Assembly (NCBI GenBank): GCA_965204375.1
Contig: OZ241986.1
Span: 2,528,001-2,592,000 of the forward strand
DNA from: Candidatus Latescibacterota bacterium
GTDB taxonomy: Bacteria > Latescibacterota > UBA2968
Length of the DNA stretch: 64,000 nucleotides
Reading direction: 5' to 3'
The position numbers were made by a program, and so were the translations under genes. Positions 19,923 through 29,092 of this stretch are shown here, piece by piece (within the stretch, counting starts at the first letter, position 1; every line of letters starts with the position of its first letter). The notes under the pieces are model-generated. The model ran no database searches. It saw only the letters and a program-made list of their open reading frames with translations, and was not told the DNA's origin.

Positions 19923-20144
19923 ATGCACTGCGACATTTGCGGCCGTAAAAATGCGTACATCCACAAACTTGACCGCACGTATGGCAAGGGGAAACATACC
20001 ATTACCATTCGCAACATTTCCCTTGCGATATGTTCGACTTGTGATGAACGTTATTTTGCGTCCCCCATACCCGACAACGCTGAGCAACTGAGCCCAGTGC
20101 TACACACTGAGACCAAATATTCAGAAGCGATGTATCTCGTCTAA
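19923..20144 (+). CDS. YgiT/MqsA-type zinc-finger protein, copy 2
   Basis: Paralog of 19344-19556 (9 differences in the first 61 aa); GAGGA SD. Confidence 0.8.
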   Translation: MHCDICGRKNAYIHKLDRTYGKGKHTITIRNISLAICSTCDERYFASPIPDNAEQLSPVLHTETKYSEAMYLV

Positions 20145-20217
20145 AGACGCGCAACAAAAGGTTGTCGATAGCATCTATCGGTGGCTTTAGGGAGTCCAAT
20201 TTTCAAAGGAGGTTCTC

Positions 20218-22740
20218 ATGCTCAAAAATTACCTGACCATTGCCCTGCGAAATCTGGTACGCTACAAAATATATACAGCGATCAATGCCCTCGGCCTGGC
20301 AACGGGCATTGCATTTTGCCTGCTCACATTTCTCTATGTGCGGCACGAATGGACTTATGATCAATTTCACGAAAAAACTGACCGCATTTACCGACTCGGC
20401 ATGTCTGGCGGAATGTTTGGCGGAAGAGACAATGCCACACATGTCCGACTATCGGATCAAATTGGACCACTTATGCGAGAAAACATCCCGCAATTCGCTC
20501 ACGTTGTGCGAATCCACGAAGGTCCAGGAACTATATCTCACGGCAATAACACCTTTGAAGTAAAATCTCTGTTCACCGACGAAGACTTTTTTCAACTATT
20601 CACGTTTCCACTCATTCACGGCGATCCCAAAACCGTGCTCGCAAACCCAAACAGCATTGTCTTAACGCACAGTGCGGCGCAAAAACATTTCGGACATAAC
20701 GATGTTTTGGGGCAGGAAATCAGCATCCGCGACAAAGTCTGGAAAGAGGAAGAGAAGACTTTTGTCGTAGCGGGTATCGCACAGGATCCCCCTGAAAATT
20801 CCAGCATTCAATTCGACCTGATTCTTTCCCACGCAAGCCGTCCGCCCTCCGGGCCCAAAATAACGTCATTTGTCATGAGACCAGACGGCAAAACCGAACG
20901 CAGAGAAATTGACTCGCCCGTCTTTTCAAGGGGAAAAAATGTCACTTATATACAACTCATTGACAACATACAACTGGCAGACGTGACGCCTGTCCTGGAG
21001 GCATTTGTTAAAGCAAACAAAACCAATTTCGAGTCTAAACGCAAGACCCCGGACGCGACCTTGCACTTACAACCCATTGCAGATATCCATTTTGATCGCG
21101 AAATAACAAATGGACTTTCAGCACCGAGCAACCCCGCCTATTCCTATATCCTCGCGGGCATTGCCCTATCCGTATTGCTCGTGGCGTGCATCAATTTTAC
21201 GAACCTCGCCATTGCGCGGTCTGCGACCCGAGCGCGAGAGGTGGGAATACGCAAAGTAGTGGGTGCGATGCGTTTTCAATTGATGAAACAGTTCTGGGGT
21301 GAGTCTTTGCTGCTCACGGGTGTGGGAATGCTACTGGGACTTGCATTAACAGAATTTTTTCTTTTGACCTTCAACGCTTTGACACAGGTGAATTTAACGC
21401 TGGATTATCGGCCTTCTCTATCCGGCGTGCTCTTTGGCCTGTCGCTCTTATTGATTATCAGTCTGGTCTCGGGCATCTATCCGGCACTTGTGCTATCGGG
21501 TTTTGACCCCATTGCCGTTTTGAAGAACAGATTCAACATCGGCGGCAGGTCCTGGTCTGGTCGCGTCCTGATCGTTGGTCAGTTCGTCGTTGCGATTTTA
21601 TTTTTAATTGCCACCCTTGTGATGTCTCGGCAGCTAACATTCTTAAAAGAAAAGAATCTGGGCTTGAATGAGTCACAGGTCGTATTGATAAAACCGCGGG
21701 GCTTGCCAACAGACCGTAAGCAACGCCATCGGATACTGCAACTCTTCAAGCAAGAACTCAAACGGCACCCTCAGATCGTAAACGTGACGCAATCGGGTTT
21801 GTTCTCTCACCTGGAAGCAGACTCAGACACCCGCAAAAGCAATATTACATTTCCCAATGGAGAAGTGGTGGAAAAAGCTGATATTTCCGTGGATTACGAT
21901 TTCTTCAACACATTGGGTATCAACTTGCTGGCGGGACGCAACTTTTCGCCAGATTTTGGCACAGATGCAACACAAGCCGTTCTGGTCAATAAAACATTTG
22001 TCGAACGCACGCAACTGGAACAGCCATTGAACACGACCTTGCCCATGACAAAAATGATGGGCTATTTTGCGCAGGGAGACAGCTTACCAAAAGTTCAGCG
22101 AATAAAAGATCCCAAAATTATCGGTGTCGTAGATGATTTTCACTTAAAGTCGCTGCACCATGCTCTACCCCCTTTGGTAATATTTTTAGACGCAGCCAGC
22201 TTGAGCAGCGATTTCCTTGTACGCATTCGCCCAGAACGCATACCAGAAACACTCGCCTTTATGGCTGAAAAATGGCAGTCTATCGCGGGCGATGCACCGT
22301 TTGATTACGTCTTCCTCGACGAAAATTTTGATCGCCTCTACCGCGAGGAAGAACGCTGGGGCACCATTGTCCAATACGCCTCCTTCTTCGCGCTCTTTGT
22401 CGCCTGCCTCGGAGTTCTGGGTCTCACATCCCTCGCCATTACCCGACGCACCAAAGAAATCGGCATCCGCAAGGTACTCGGCGCATCGAACCATCACATC
22501 GTCGCCTTATTGTCCAGAGAATTTGTGGTACTCATTCTCATCGCCAATCTGATCGCCTGGCCCATCGCCCATTACGGCGTCGAGCACTGGCTGCGGGATT
22601 TCGCCTACCGCATTGATGCTGGTATGGGACTCTTTTTCCTCGGCGGATTGCTCGTCTTTTTAACAGCCCTGCTCACCATTGGCATTCAAGCCCTCAAAGC
22701 CGCACAGCGCAATCCCGTCCACGCCCTGCGATATGAGTGA
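20218..22740 (+). CDS. ABC transporter permease, duplicated MacB/FtsX domains
   Basis: MLKNYLTIALRNL, ACINFTNL..RAREVGIRKVVGA, RTKEIGIRKVLGAS, NPVHALRYE. Confidence 0.92.
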   Translation: MLKNYLTIALRNLVRYKIYTAINALGLATGIAFCLLTFLYVRHEWTYDQFHEKTDRIYRLGMSGGMFGGRDNATHVRLSDQIGPLMRENIPQFAHVVRIHEGPGTISHGNNTFEVKSLFTDEDFFQLFTFPLIHGDPKTVLANPNSIVLTHSAAQKHFGHNDVLGQEISIRDKVWKEEEKTFVVAGIAQDPPENSSIQFDLILSHASRPPSGPKITSFVMRPDGKTERREIDSPVFSRGKNVTYIQLIDNIQLADVTPVLEAFVKANKTNFESKRKTPDATLHLQPIADIHFDREITNGLSAPSNPAYSYILAGIALSVLLVACINFTNLAIARSATRAREVGIRKVVGAMRFQLMKQFWGESLLLTGVGMLLGLALTEFFLLTFNALTQVNLTLDYRPSLSGVLFGLSLLLIISLVSGIYPALVLSGFDPIAVLKNRFNIGGRSWSGRVLIVGQFVVAILFLIATLVMSRQLTFLKEKNLGLNESQVVLIKPRGLPTDRKQRHRILQLFKQELKRHPQIVNVTQSGLFSHLEADSDTRKSNITFPNGEVVEKADISVDYDFFNTLGINLLAGRNFSPDFGTDATQAVLVNKTFVERTQLEQPLNTTLPMTKMMGYFAQGDSLPKVQRIKDPKIIGVVDDFHLKSLHHALPPLVIFLDAASLSSDFLVRIRPERIPETLAFMAEKWQSIAGDAPFDYVFLDENFDRLYREEERWGTIVQYASFFALFVACLGVLGLTSLAITRRTKEIGIRKVLGASNHHIVALLSREFVVLILIANLIAWPIAHYGVEHWLRDFAYRIDAGMGLFFLGGLLVFLTALLTIGIQALKAAQRNPVHALRYE

Positions 22741-22827
22741 GATCGATTTTCCCATTTGACAGGACAGGGCAAATCGTGAATATTTAAAAAAGAGGAAATA
22801 GGAACCGTTGTTGACCAGGAGACTCAA

Positions 22828-23127
22828 ATGGCTCGCATAGATATTCCCAGAATCGCATATCCCCACATCGACCAAAATCCAGATATCCTCTCGGGCGAAC
22901 CCATTATACGAGGAACACGCATTGGCGTGCGGCACATCGCAGAATGGGATCGTCAGGGATATAGTGTAGATGAAATTATCGCACAATACCCTCACTTAAC
23001 CCATGCACAGGTTCAAGATGCCCTGTCTTATGCTTTTGATCACAAGTCTGAAATTGATCAACTCATCCAGACAAATACAGAAGACGCTGTCCGGTCAAAA
23101 TATCAAGATAGTGCATGGATGCCATAA
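22828..23127 (+). CDS. DUF433 protein (putative antitoxin)
   Basis: PDILSGEPIIRGTRIGV, YPHLTHAQVQDALSYA. Confidence 0.88.
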   Translation: MARIDIPRIAYPHIDQNPDILSGEPIIRGTRIGVRHIAEWDRQGYSVDEIIAQYPHLTHAQVQDALSYAFDHKSEIDQLIQTNTEDAVRSKYQDSAWMP

Positions 23128-23187
23128 CCCATTGATTTTATTTTTTAAAAAAGTTTAATTGTTTTCCATTAAGCTGCAAAATTTCCC

Positions 23188-23216
23188 TTGACACCTGTAC
23201 TTTTGTTTAGTATTTT
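23188..23216 (+). promoter_or_regulatory. Sigma-70 promoter TTGACA-N17-TATTTT with a degenerate LexA-like box GTAC-TTTT-GTTT in the spacer
   Basis: Perfect -35 with 17-bp spacing; box at 23197-23208. Confidence 0.5.
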
Positions 23217-23260
23217 TGTGCATAGAACGTTGAGACATAATCCTTCGACAGGAGGTAATC

Positions 23261-23557
23261 ATGGCAAGCATTGAGATTCAGACCGAACAGGAGATTGGGG
23301 AAATTCTATTGTCCGATTTAAGTCGAGATTTACTCAAAGTTGCCGATCGCATTCAGGCCGAGATGCCGCATGTGCCTTTTGATGCCATTCGCCCCGAAGC
23401 CCTGGCGCGCGTCGAAGCCGCCGAGCAAGCTGTCGATACCCTGGCACGAGATTTGGCCCAGGGACAGGGAGAACTCACTGAGTGGCACGGTGCCCTGACG
23501 AATTACGAATCGGCCTGGTTTCAGGTTATTGAGTCTTTAGGCGTCCGCAATAATTAA
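23261..23557 (+). CDS. Hypothetical acidic helical protein (98 aa)
   Basis: AGGAGGT SD, own promoter, no recognised family. Confidence 0.75.
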   Translation: MASIEIQTEQEIGEILLSDLSRDLLKVADRIQAEMPHVPFDAIRPEALARVEAAEQAVDTLARDLAQGQGELTEWHGALTNYESAWFQVIESLGVRNN

Positions 23558-23643
23558 ATCGCAAACCATATATTCACGTTTATTTTCGGCAATAAATAAC
23601 CCGTTGTATTGCCGATTTCCACGAAAGCAAAGGAGAGATAGCG

Positions 23644-24381
23644 ATGTCCCAGCGAGATATGAAAACGAATAACTCAAATATGAAGGCGACAGCAGCCCAA
23701 CCCATCGACCACATCAAAACTCAGATTGCAGAGTCTGAAGGTTTCCCCATCGAGAAAATCGACGAGTTTGTGGTATTCATCCAGAACGATCCCTACATCA
23801 CGTCTGCGGGTTTGCAGTACAAAATGTTGCAAACCTATAAGGCTGGCAAATTCGCAGTACAGGCTGTAATGCCTTCCAAAGAAGAATACGCTCTGTTGCG
23901 GCGGATGATGGGATTAAAAGATGAGGAACCGCTGGTGGTAATGCGCGGTGAGGTGTGGGTCGAGGGACTTGCGCGTCCTTTTGTCGATTACGGCACCACA
24001 ACGCCTAAGAATCTCAAAGGATTTGTGCGGTTTTCAGATTACCCACTCGAAATGGCGACGCGACGCGCCACCAATCGAGCGATGCGTTTGGCTACCGCGA
24101 CGGGGATGTGTTCTGTCGATGAGCTACAGGTAGCCACAGACGCCGCACAGACTAACGGAGATGTTGAAGCGATGCACAACGGTTCATCTGCCACGCAAAG
24201 TCAGATTGATCTGATTAAAAATCTGGGGCGCAGTCCACGGCTAACCGAGCGAGAACGCGAGCGATTGAAAACCCAGATTGAAGGTGGATTGGACAAGCGC
24301 CAAGCATCCGAACTGATCCAAAAAATAAAAACGAGGTTAGACGCTCGGCGCAAAGCTGATGCACAACCTATCGCGGCTTGA
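23644..24381 (+). CDS. Putative Rad52/Redbeta-fold single-strand annealing protein
   Basis: PYITSAGL, F.DYG...P.N, EMATRRATNRAMR.A...GMCSVDE core, flexible linker, then ATQSQIDLI..LDKRQASELI small C-terminal domain; AAGGAG SD. Confidence 0.6.
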   Translation: MSQRDMKTNNSNMKATAAQPIDHIKTQIAESEGFPIEKIDEFVVFIQNDPYITSAGLQYKMLQTYKAGKFAVQAVMPSKEEYALLRRMMGLKDEEPLVVMRGEVWVEGLARPFVDYGTTTPKNLKGFVRFSDYPLEMATRRATNRAMRLATATGMCSVDELQVATDAAQTNGDVEAMHNGSSATQSQIDLIKNLGRSPRLTERERERLKTQIEGGLDKRQASELIQKIKTRLDARRKADAQPIAA

Positions 24382-24455
24382 TTTTGAGCCGGTTGTAGCG
24401 CGCATTCTTTCGTCAGGGGAGAGGGGAAGGATTTAGCGTACAACCGGCACTTAAT

Positions 24456-24492
24456 AAAAAAGCGGGAGCTCTTTGAGAGCCCCGCTTTTTTG
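24456..24492 (+). terminator. Intrinsic terminator
   Basis: AAAAAAGCGGG..GCTCT/AGAGC..CCCGCTTTTTT. Confidence 0.8.
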
Positions 24493-24585
24493 TTTTTTCG
24501 GCTAATAGTGCCCTCTTGTGCTTTCGTTTCCTTTTGTGTATCATGAGGCAAACTGGCAGACGATCAAAAATGCGACAAAAGGCGT

Positions 24586-26940
24586 ATGGTTATGAAAACG
24601 ATAATACTGGGAATTTTGTGCATAGCGCTAACTGCAACAAATGGTCTCGCAAAAGATGCTTCGCCAGAGGCCATTGCCGCGGCAGAGAGAGCATATCAAG
24701 AAGGAATGAAACACTTTGAGGCAGAAAACCTGGACGCGGCGCTTATATCTTTTCAATCGGCGATTGCCCAGAACGAAAAGTACGCACCCGCCTATGTGGG
24801 CCTGGGTCATGTCTATTTGAAACAGGGCAATTTGACCGAAGCGGAAAAGGCGTTTAAGGCCGCAGTCTCAAAAAACAAAAAATACGCGCCGGCTTACAAT
24901 GGATTGGGCCTGGTCTATAGCCGAAAAAAGAACGAACTGCGTCGGGCAATTGCGTATTTTCGGGATGCAAATCGGGCAGATAAAACGTACTCGGAAGCGC
25001 AATATAACCTGGCTCAAACCCTGGAAAATTACGGCAGCAGTGAGACCCTCAAAGCCTATCGCAATGTCTTAAAGATAGATCCCAAACACCCCAATGCAAA
25101 CTATCGCATAGGGATATTGCTCGATGAAGATGGAGAACGCGAAAAAGCCGTGCAAGCGTATCGCGATCAATTAGAAGCAAAACCGGATCACCGCGGGGCA
25201 CGCTTGAATCTGGGCATTGACCTGAAATTGCTCGGGCAATTGCGAGAGGCACTTCAGCACCTGCTCAAAGTTGCAACCGTTGCCAGCGATTTTCAACGTC
25301 GAGCCGTATTGGAATTGGCGCAGGTATTTCAAAGGGCAAAGGCATTTGAACAATCAGCGCGATTATTTGAATCATATATCAAGCAGTTATCCGAAAAAGA
25401 ACAAGAAACGTATTGCGATCTGAATCTCGTCGCATCGGGTCCCATTCTCAAGGAATATAACGATGCCGAGACACTTCCAGAAAAAAAGCGCGTTTTTAGA
25501 ACATTCTGGTCGCGTTTAGACCCGGCTCCCGTCACCGAAGCCAATGAACGGTTATTGGAACACTATCGCCGCGTCGCGTATGCGCGTGAATTTTTTGGGA
25601 CACAACGCTTTCCCTGGGATGCACGCGGCGAAGCCTATATCCGCTATGGCGCGCCTGACCATGTGAGTAATTCGGGCAATATTCAACTGGAGCGAACAAA
25701 AAAATTGGTTGACGTAAAAGAGCGGCTCATTCAAAAAGCCGGACCAGCGGTGGACCGGTTGCTCAGAGCGCGGTCCGATGCGGTCGCATCGAGCATGATA
25801 GGTATGCGGGGGCAATTGCGTCGCGCCGAGCAACGAGGCCCTGGCGAACGACAACAAGTAACCAGTGGAACCATTTTGGGATGGCCGGTATATCCGGTAG
25901 ATGGGATATGGGAATACTGGATCTATGCCGATGTTGGCAATGGCATAGAAGTCGTATTTGAACAGCGCGTAAATCAAGAGGCCTGGGATTATGCCGATAT
26001 ACCGCTCGGAAGAGGGCGGATAGCGCGGATATGGCAGGACATGCATCCGGAAATTGTCTTGAAACAGGTCGCAGTTCTTACACCGATGACATATCGTCCC
26101 GACTTTGCGACGGGCGCATTGGATTTTTATCTTGCCTCATCTGCTTTTCGGGCGCAAGAAGGTCTAACCGCACTCGAAATTTATTACGGTATTCCAACCG
26201 CACAATTGCTCTTTGCAGCCGGACAAGATGGCGCGCGGATCGCACAATTAGACCGCGGCATTGTGGTTTACAATCAAGCGGGCGATCCCGTCTATCGCAC
26301 GAGCCAGGAAATGGTGCTGGGCGCGTCGGATGAAGCCGATCAGTCACCTGGCGCGTATGTGCCGGAGATGGACCGTTTGTTTTTAACACCGGGCAATTAT
26401 CGCATTTCCGTGCAGGTTTTGGATCGTCGTTCAAGAAAATCACAGGTATATCACATCAACCGCGTCGTGCCCGAATACGATATAGACGACGAGTTAAAAA
26501 TCAGCGATGTGGAACTCGCCGCCACCATCAATGTGGCCGACAAGAGCCGGTTCCAAAAGGGCGATATCGAAGTGATCCCCATAGCCTCAAAAGCCTATTT
26601 GCCCGCGCAACCCGTTTTTATCTATTTCGAAATTTACAACTTAAAACGCAATGCCTTCGGCCAGACCAAATACCGCGTATCTTATGTGGTGCGATCGCGC
26701 GATCAAAAGACCATCGGCGCGCGAATTTTGGGTGGCGTGGGCAAAATGCTCGGACAAAAGAGCGAGCAGGGCGTTGTCTCAATCGAATACGAACAAGTGG
26801 GAACAGAGACACAAGAACCGGGATATCTCGAATTGGACATGTCGCGCTCTGAACCGGGCGAAAAAATCGTAGAAATCGCAATTGTAGATGAAACAACAGG
26901 CCAGACAGCAACCGCGACAGCGACATTTGTCACTCAATAG
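24586..26940 (+). CDS. Secreted TPR plus GWxTD-domain protein
   Basis: Signal peptide, several TPRs, FWSRLDP.P.T..NERLLEHYRRVAYA, PWDARGEAYIRYGAPD. Confidence 0.85.
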   Translation: MVMKTIILGILCIALTATNGLAKDASPEAIAAAERAYQEGMKHFEAENLDAALISFQSAIAQNEKYAPAYVGLGHVYLKQGNLTEAEKAFKAAVSKNKKYAPAYNGLGLVYSRKKNELRRAIAYFRDANRADKTYSEAQYNLAQTLENYGSSETLKAYRNVLKIDPKHPNANYRIGILLDEDGEREKAVQAYRDQLEAKPDHRGARLNLGIDLKLLGQLREALQHLLKVATVASDFQRRAVLELAQVFQRAKAFEQSARLFESYIKQLSEKEQETYCDLNLVASGPILKEYNDAETLPEKKRVFRTFWSRLDPAPVTEANERLLEHYRRVAYAREFFGTQRFPWDARGEAYIRYGAPDHVSNSGNIQLERTKKLVDVKERLIQKAGPAVDRLLRARSDAVASSMIGMRGQLRRAEQRGPGERQQVTSGTILGWPVYPVDGIWEYWIYADVGNGIEVVFEQRVNQEAWDYADIPLGRGRIARIWQDMHPEIVLKQVAVLTPMTYRPDFATGALDFYLASSAFRAQEGLTALEIYYGIPTAQLLFAAGQDGARIAQLDRGIVVYNQAGDPVYRTSQEMVLGASDEADQSPGAYVPEMDRLFLTPGNYRISVQVLDRRSRKSQVYHINRVVPEYDIDDELKISDVELAATINVADKSRFQKGDIEVIPIASKAYLPAQPVFIYFEIYNLKRNAFGQTKYRVSYVVRSRDQKTIGARILGGVGKMLGQKSEQGVVSIEYEQVGTETQEPGYLELDMSRSEPGEKIVEIAIVDETTGQTATATATFVTQ

Positions 26941-26956
26941 GACAGGAGCAAATTCA

Positions 26957-28300
26957 ATGCGTATTTTTGATATTGAAACCATGCGCGCACACGCGCGTGA
27001 GATTTTTGATACGGCAGTCAAAGCAGTTGATGCCGAACAGTGCGTGCGGCAATTTGTATCGCTGGATGGCGATATTTTGCACATAGGCGATCAAAATTAT
27101 GATTTAAGTATTTACCACCGCATTCTGGTCGTGGGCACCGGCAAAGCCTCACCACAGATGGGCGTAGCTCTGGAAGATATATTGGGTGATCGCATCTCTG
27201 GTGGATCTATGAATACAAAATACGACCATGCATTGCCCTTAAAACATATCGACACAGTGGAATGCGGCCATCCCGTGCCCGATGAATCGGGAGTTGACGG
27301 CGTCGGCCGCATGGTTCATTTGCTGGAAGAAGCGGATGAAAACACGCTGGTGATTTGTTTGATCTCCGGGGGCGGCTCGGCACTCGCACCCGCACCTGCT
27401 GACGGATTGACGCTTGCAGACAAGCAAGAAACGACAAGTCTATTGTTGGCCTGTGGCGCAAATATTGTGGAACTCAATGCCATCCGCAAACATCTATCGC
27501 GCCTAAAAGGTGGAGGGTTAGCGCGTGCGGCTTTTCCCGCAACCGTTGTCGCGCTGATGTTGTCAGATGTGATTGGCGATCCCATGGACGTCATTGCATC
27601 TGGTCCCACAGTGCCGGATACTGCGACATTTAAGACGTGCATGGATATTCTGGACAAATACGAATTGGTCGAAAAAATACCCGAAAGTGTTCGGCTGCGA
27701 CTAAAAGCCGGTTTGGCTGGAGATATTGAAGATACGCCCAAGCCCGGCGATGCGGCGCTCTCCAAAGTTCAGAATCTCGTGGTCGGCAGCAATGGTCTGG
27801 CCGTAGCTGCGGCAAATAACAAAGCGATGAAATTGGGGTATAATACGCTGGTATTATCTACGCGCATCGAGGGCGAGGCGCGAGAAGTCGCTTATGTATA
27901 TGCGGGTATTGCCAAAGAAATTGTGACATCTGGACAGCCCCTTACAGCACCGGCCTGCGTGATTGCCGGCGGAGAAACAACCGTGCTGGTGCGCGGAGAT
28001 GGCAAGGGGGGGCGCAATCAAGAGATACCGCTATCGGGTGCAATTCAATTAGCCGGGTGGGACAATGTCGTACTGTTTAGCGGAGGTACCGATGGCACCG
28101 ATGGACCAACCGATGCCGCGGGCGCCGTAGCCGATGGACAAACCATAGCGCGAGCAGAAGCACTGGGACTTTCCGCGATCGCACATCTCAAAAACAATGA
28201 TGCCTACCACTTTTTTAAGCCACTGGACGACCTGATCATCACCGGAGCAACAGGAACCAATGTGGCAGATGTAGCGCTGGTAATGGTCGGGAATGCATAA
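26957..28300 (+). CDS. Glycerate 2-kinase (MOFRL family)
   Basis: GTGKAS, GHPVPD, LISGGGSAL, RKHLSRLKGG, GGETTV, GGRNQE, GTDGTDG, TGTNVAD. Confidence 0.93.
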   Translation: MRIFDIETMRAHAREIFDTAVKAVDAEQCVRQFVSLDGDILHIGDQNYDLSIYHRILVVGTGKASPQMGVALEDILGDRISGGSMNTKYDHALPLKHIDTVECGHPVPDESGVDGVGRMVHLLEEADENTLVICLISGGGSALAPAPADGLTLADKQETTSLLLACGANIVELNAIRKHLSRLKGGGLARAAFPATVVALMLSDVIGDPMDVIASGPTVPDTATFKTCMDILDKYELVEKIPESVRLRLKAGLAGDIEDTPKPGDAALSKVQNLVVGSNGLAVAAANNKAMKLGYNTLVLSTRIEGEAREVAYVYAGIAKEIVTSGQPLTAPACVIAGGETTVLVRGDGKGGRNQEIPLSGAIQLAGWDNVVLFSGGTDGTDGPTDAAGAVADGQTIARAEALGLSAIAHLKNNDAYHFFKPLDDLIITGATGTNVADVALVMVGNA

Positions 28301-28318
28301 CTTCGAGAAATATGTCTC

Positions 28319-29092
28319 ATGTCCAATTTAACCGAACCCATCCTCAACGAAGTCGAAGTCGATTATTTCCGGCGTCACGGGTATATCGTGCGCACCGATT
28401 TACTTACCGATGAGGAGCGCGACGAATTTATCGCCCTATTTGACCGCGACCGCGAGCAATTTGTGTTTCGCTGGCATCCCTATGGCTACCACCAGCAAGC
28501 CAATTACGACGCGCTCGTCACCACGCCCAAATTTGACCACGTGATCCGTCACCCAAAAATCCTCGCTGCAATCGAACAACTTATGGGTGGTCCGGTTTGC
28601 TTTGGCGAAATTGGCGCGCGTTACATGCTCCCTTACGACGGCGAACTGCACCGCAGTTGGCATCGAGACCGCCCCCACTGGAATGAGCATCCATTCCGAA
28701 TGGACTATATCCAGCTCATGCTCTATCTCACAGACGTAGATGCAGACACCCACTGCTTCTCACTCTCTCCCGAATCGGTCTATGAACCCACGCTCGAAGA
28801 CAAAGAAGCGCAACTCAAACGCGGGGGCATCGCCGATATTCACGGTCCCGCAGGCACAGTTTGTCTCTTCAATGTCGCGGCACTACACACGGCCACCACA
28901 CGACCGACGAAATGCGACCGCAAAACCCTGCAAATCTACTACGGACACCGCGATCGCAAGTACCTGGCCAACGACTCCGTCATCCCCCCCATCTTCTGGC
29001 GCGACCACAAAGACCCCGAAGTGCGCGCCTTTTACGGCAACCTCAACGAAGTCTCCAATATTTACAACAAAGCATTTGGAATTCGGCCATGA
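28319..29092 (+). CDS. PhyH family dioxygenase
   Basis: FRRHGYIV, WHRD, YLTDV, ALHT. Confidence 0.82.
   Translation: MSNLTEPILNEVEVDYFRRHGYIVRTDLLTDEERDEFIALFDRDREQFVFRWHPYGYHQQANYDALVTTPKFDHVIRHPKILAAIEQLMGGPVCFGEIGARYMLPYDGELHRSWHRDRPHWNEHPFRMDYIQLMLYLTDVDADTHCFSLSPESVYEPTLEDKEAQLKRGGIADIHGPAGTVCLFNVAALHTATTRPTKCDRKTLQIYYGHRDRKYLANDSVIPPIFWRDHKDPEVRAFYGNLNEVSNIYNKAFGIRP

Noticed and set aside
23195-23210. E. coli-type SOS box CTGT-N8-ACAG
   Set aside because: The right half is TTAG (two mismatches); the GAAC-N4-GTTC-type reading fits the second promoter better
22828-24492. Prophage remnant around the annealase-like gene
   Set aside because: No integrase, repressor, exonuclease, replication or structural genes; the flanks are cellular genes
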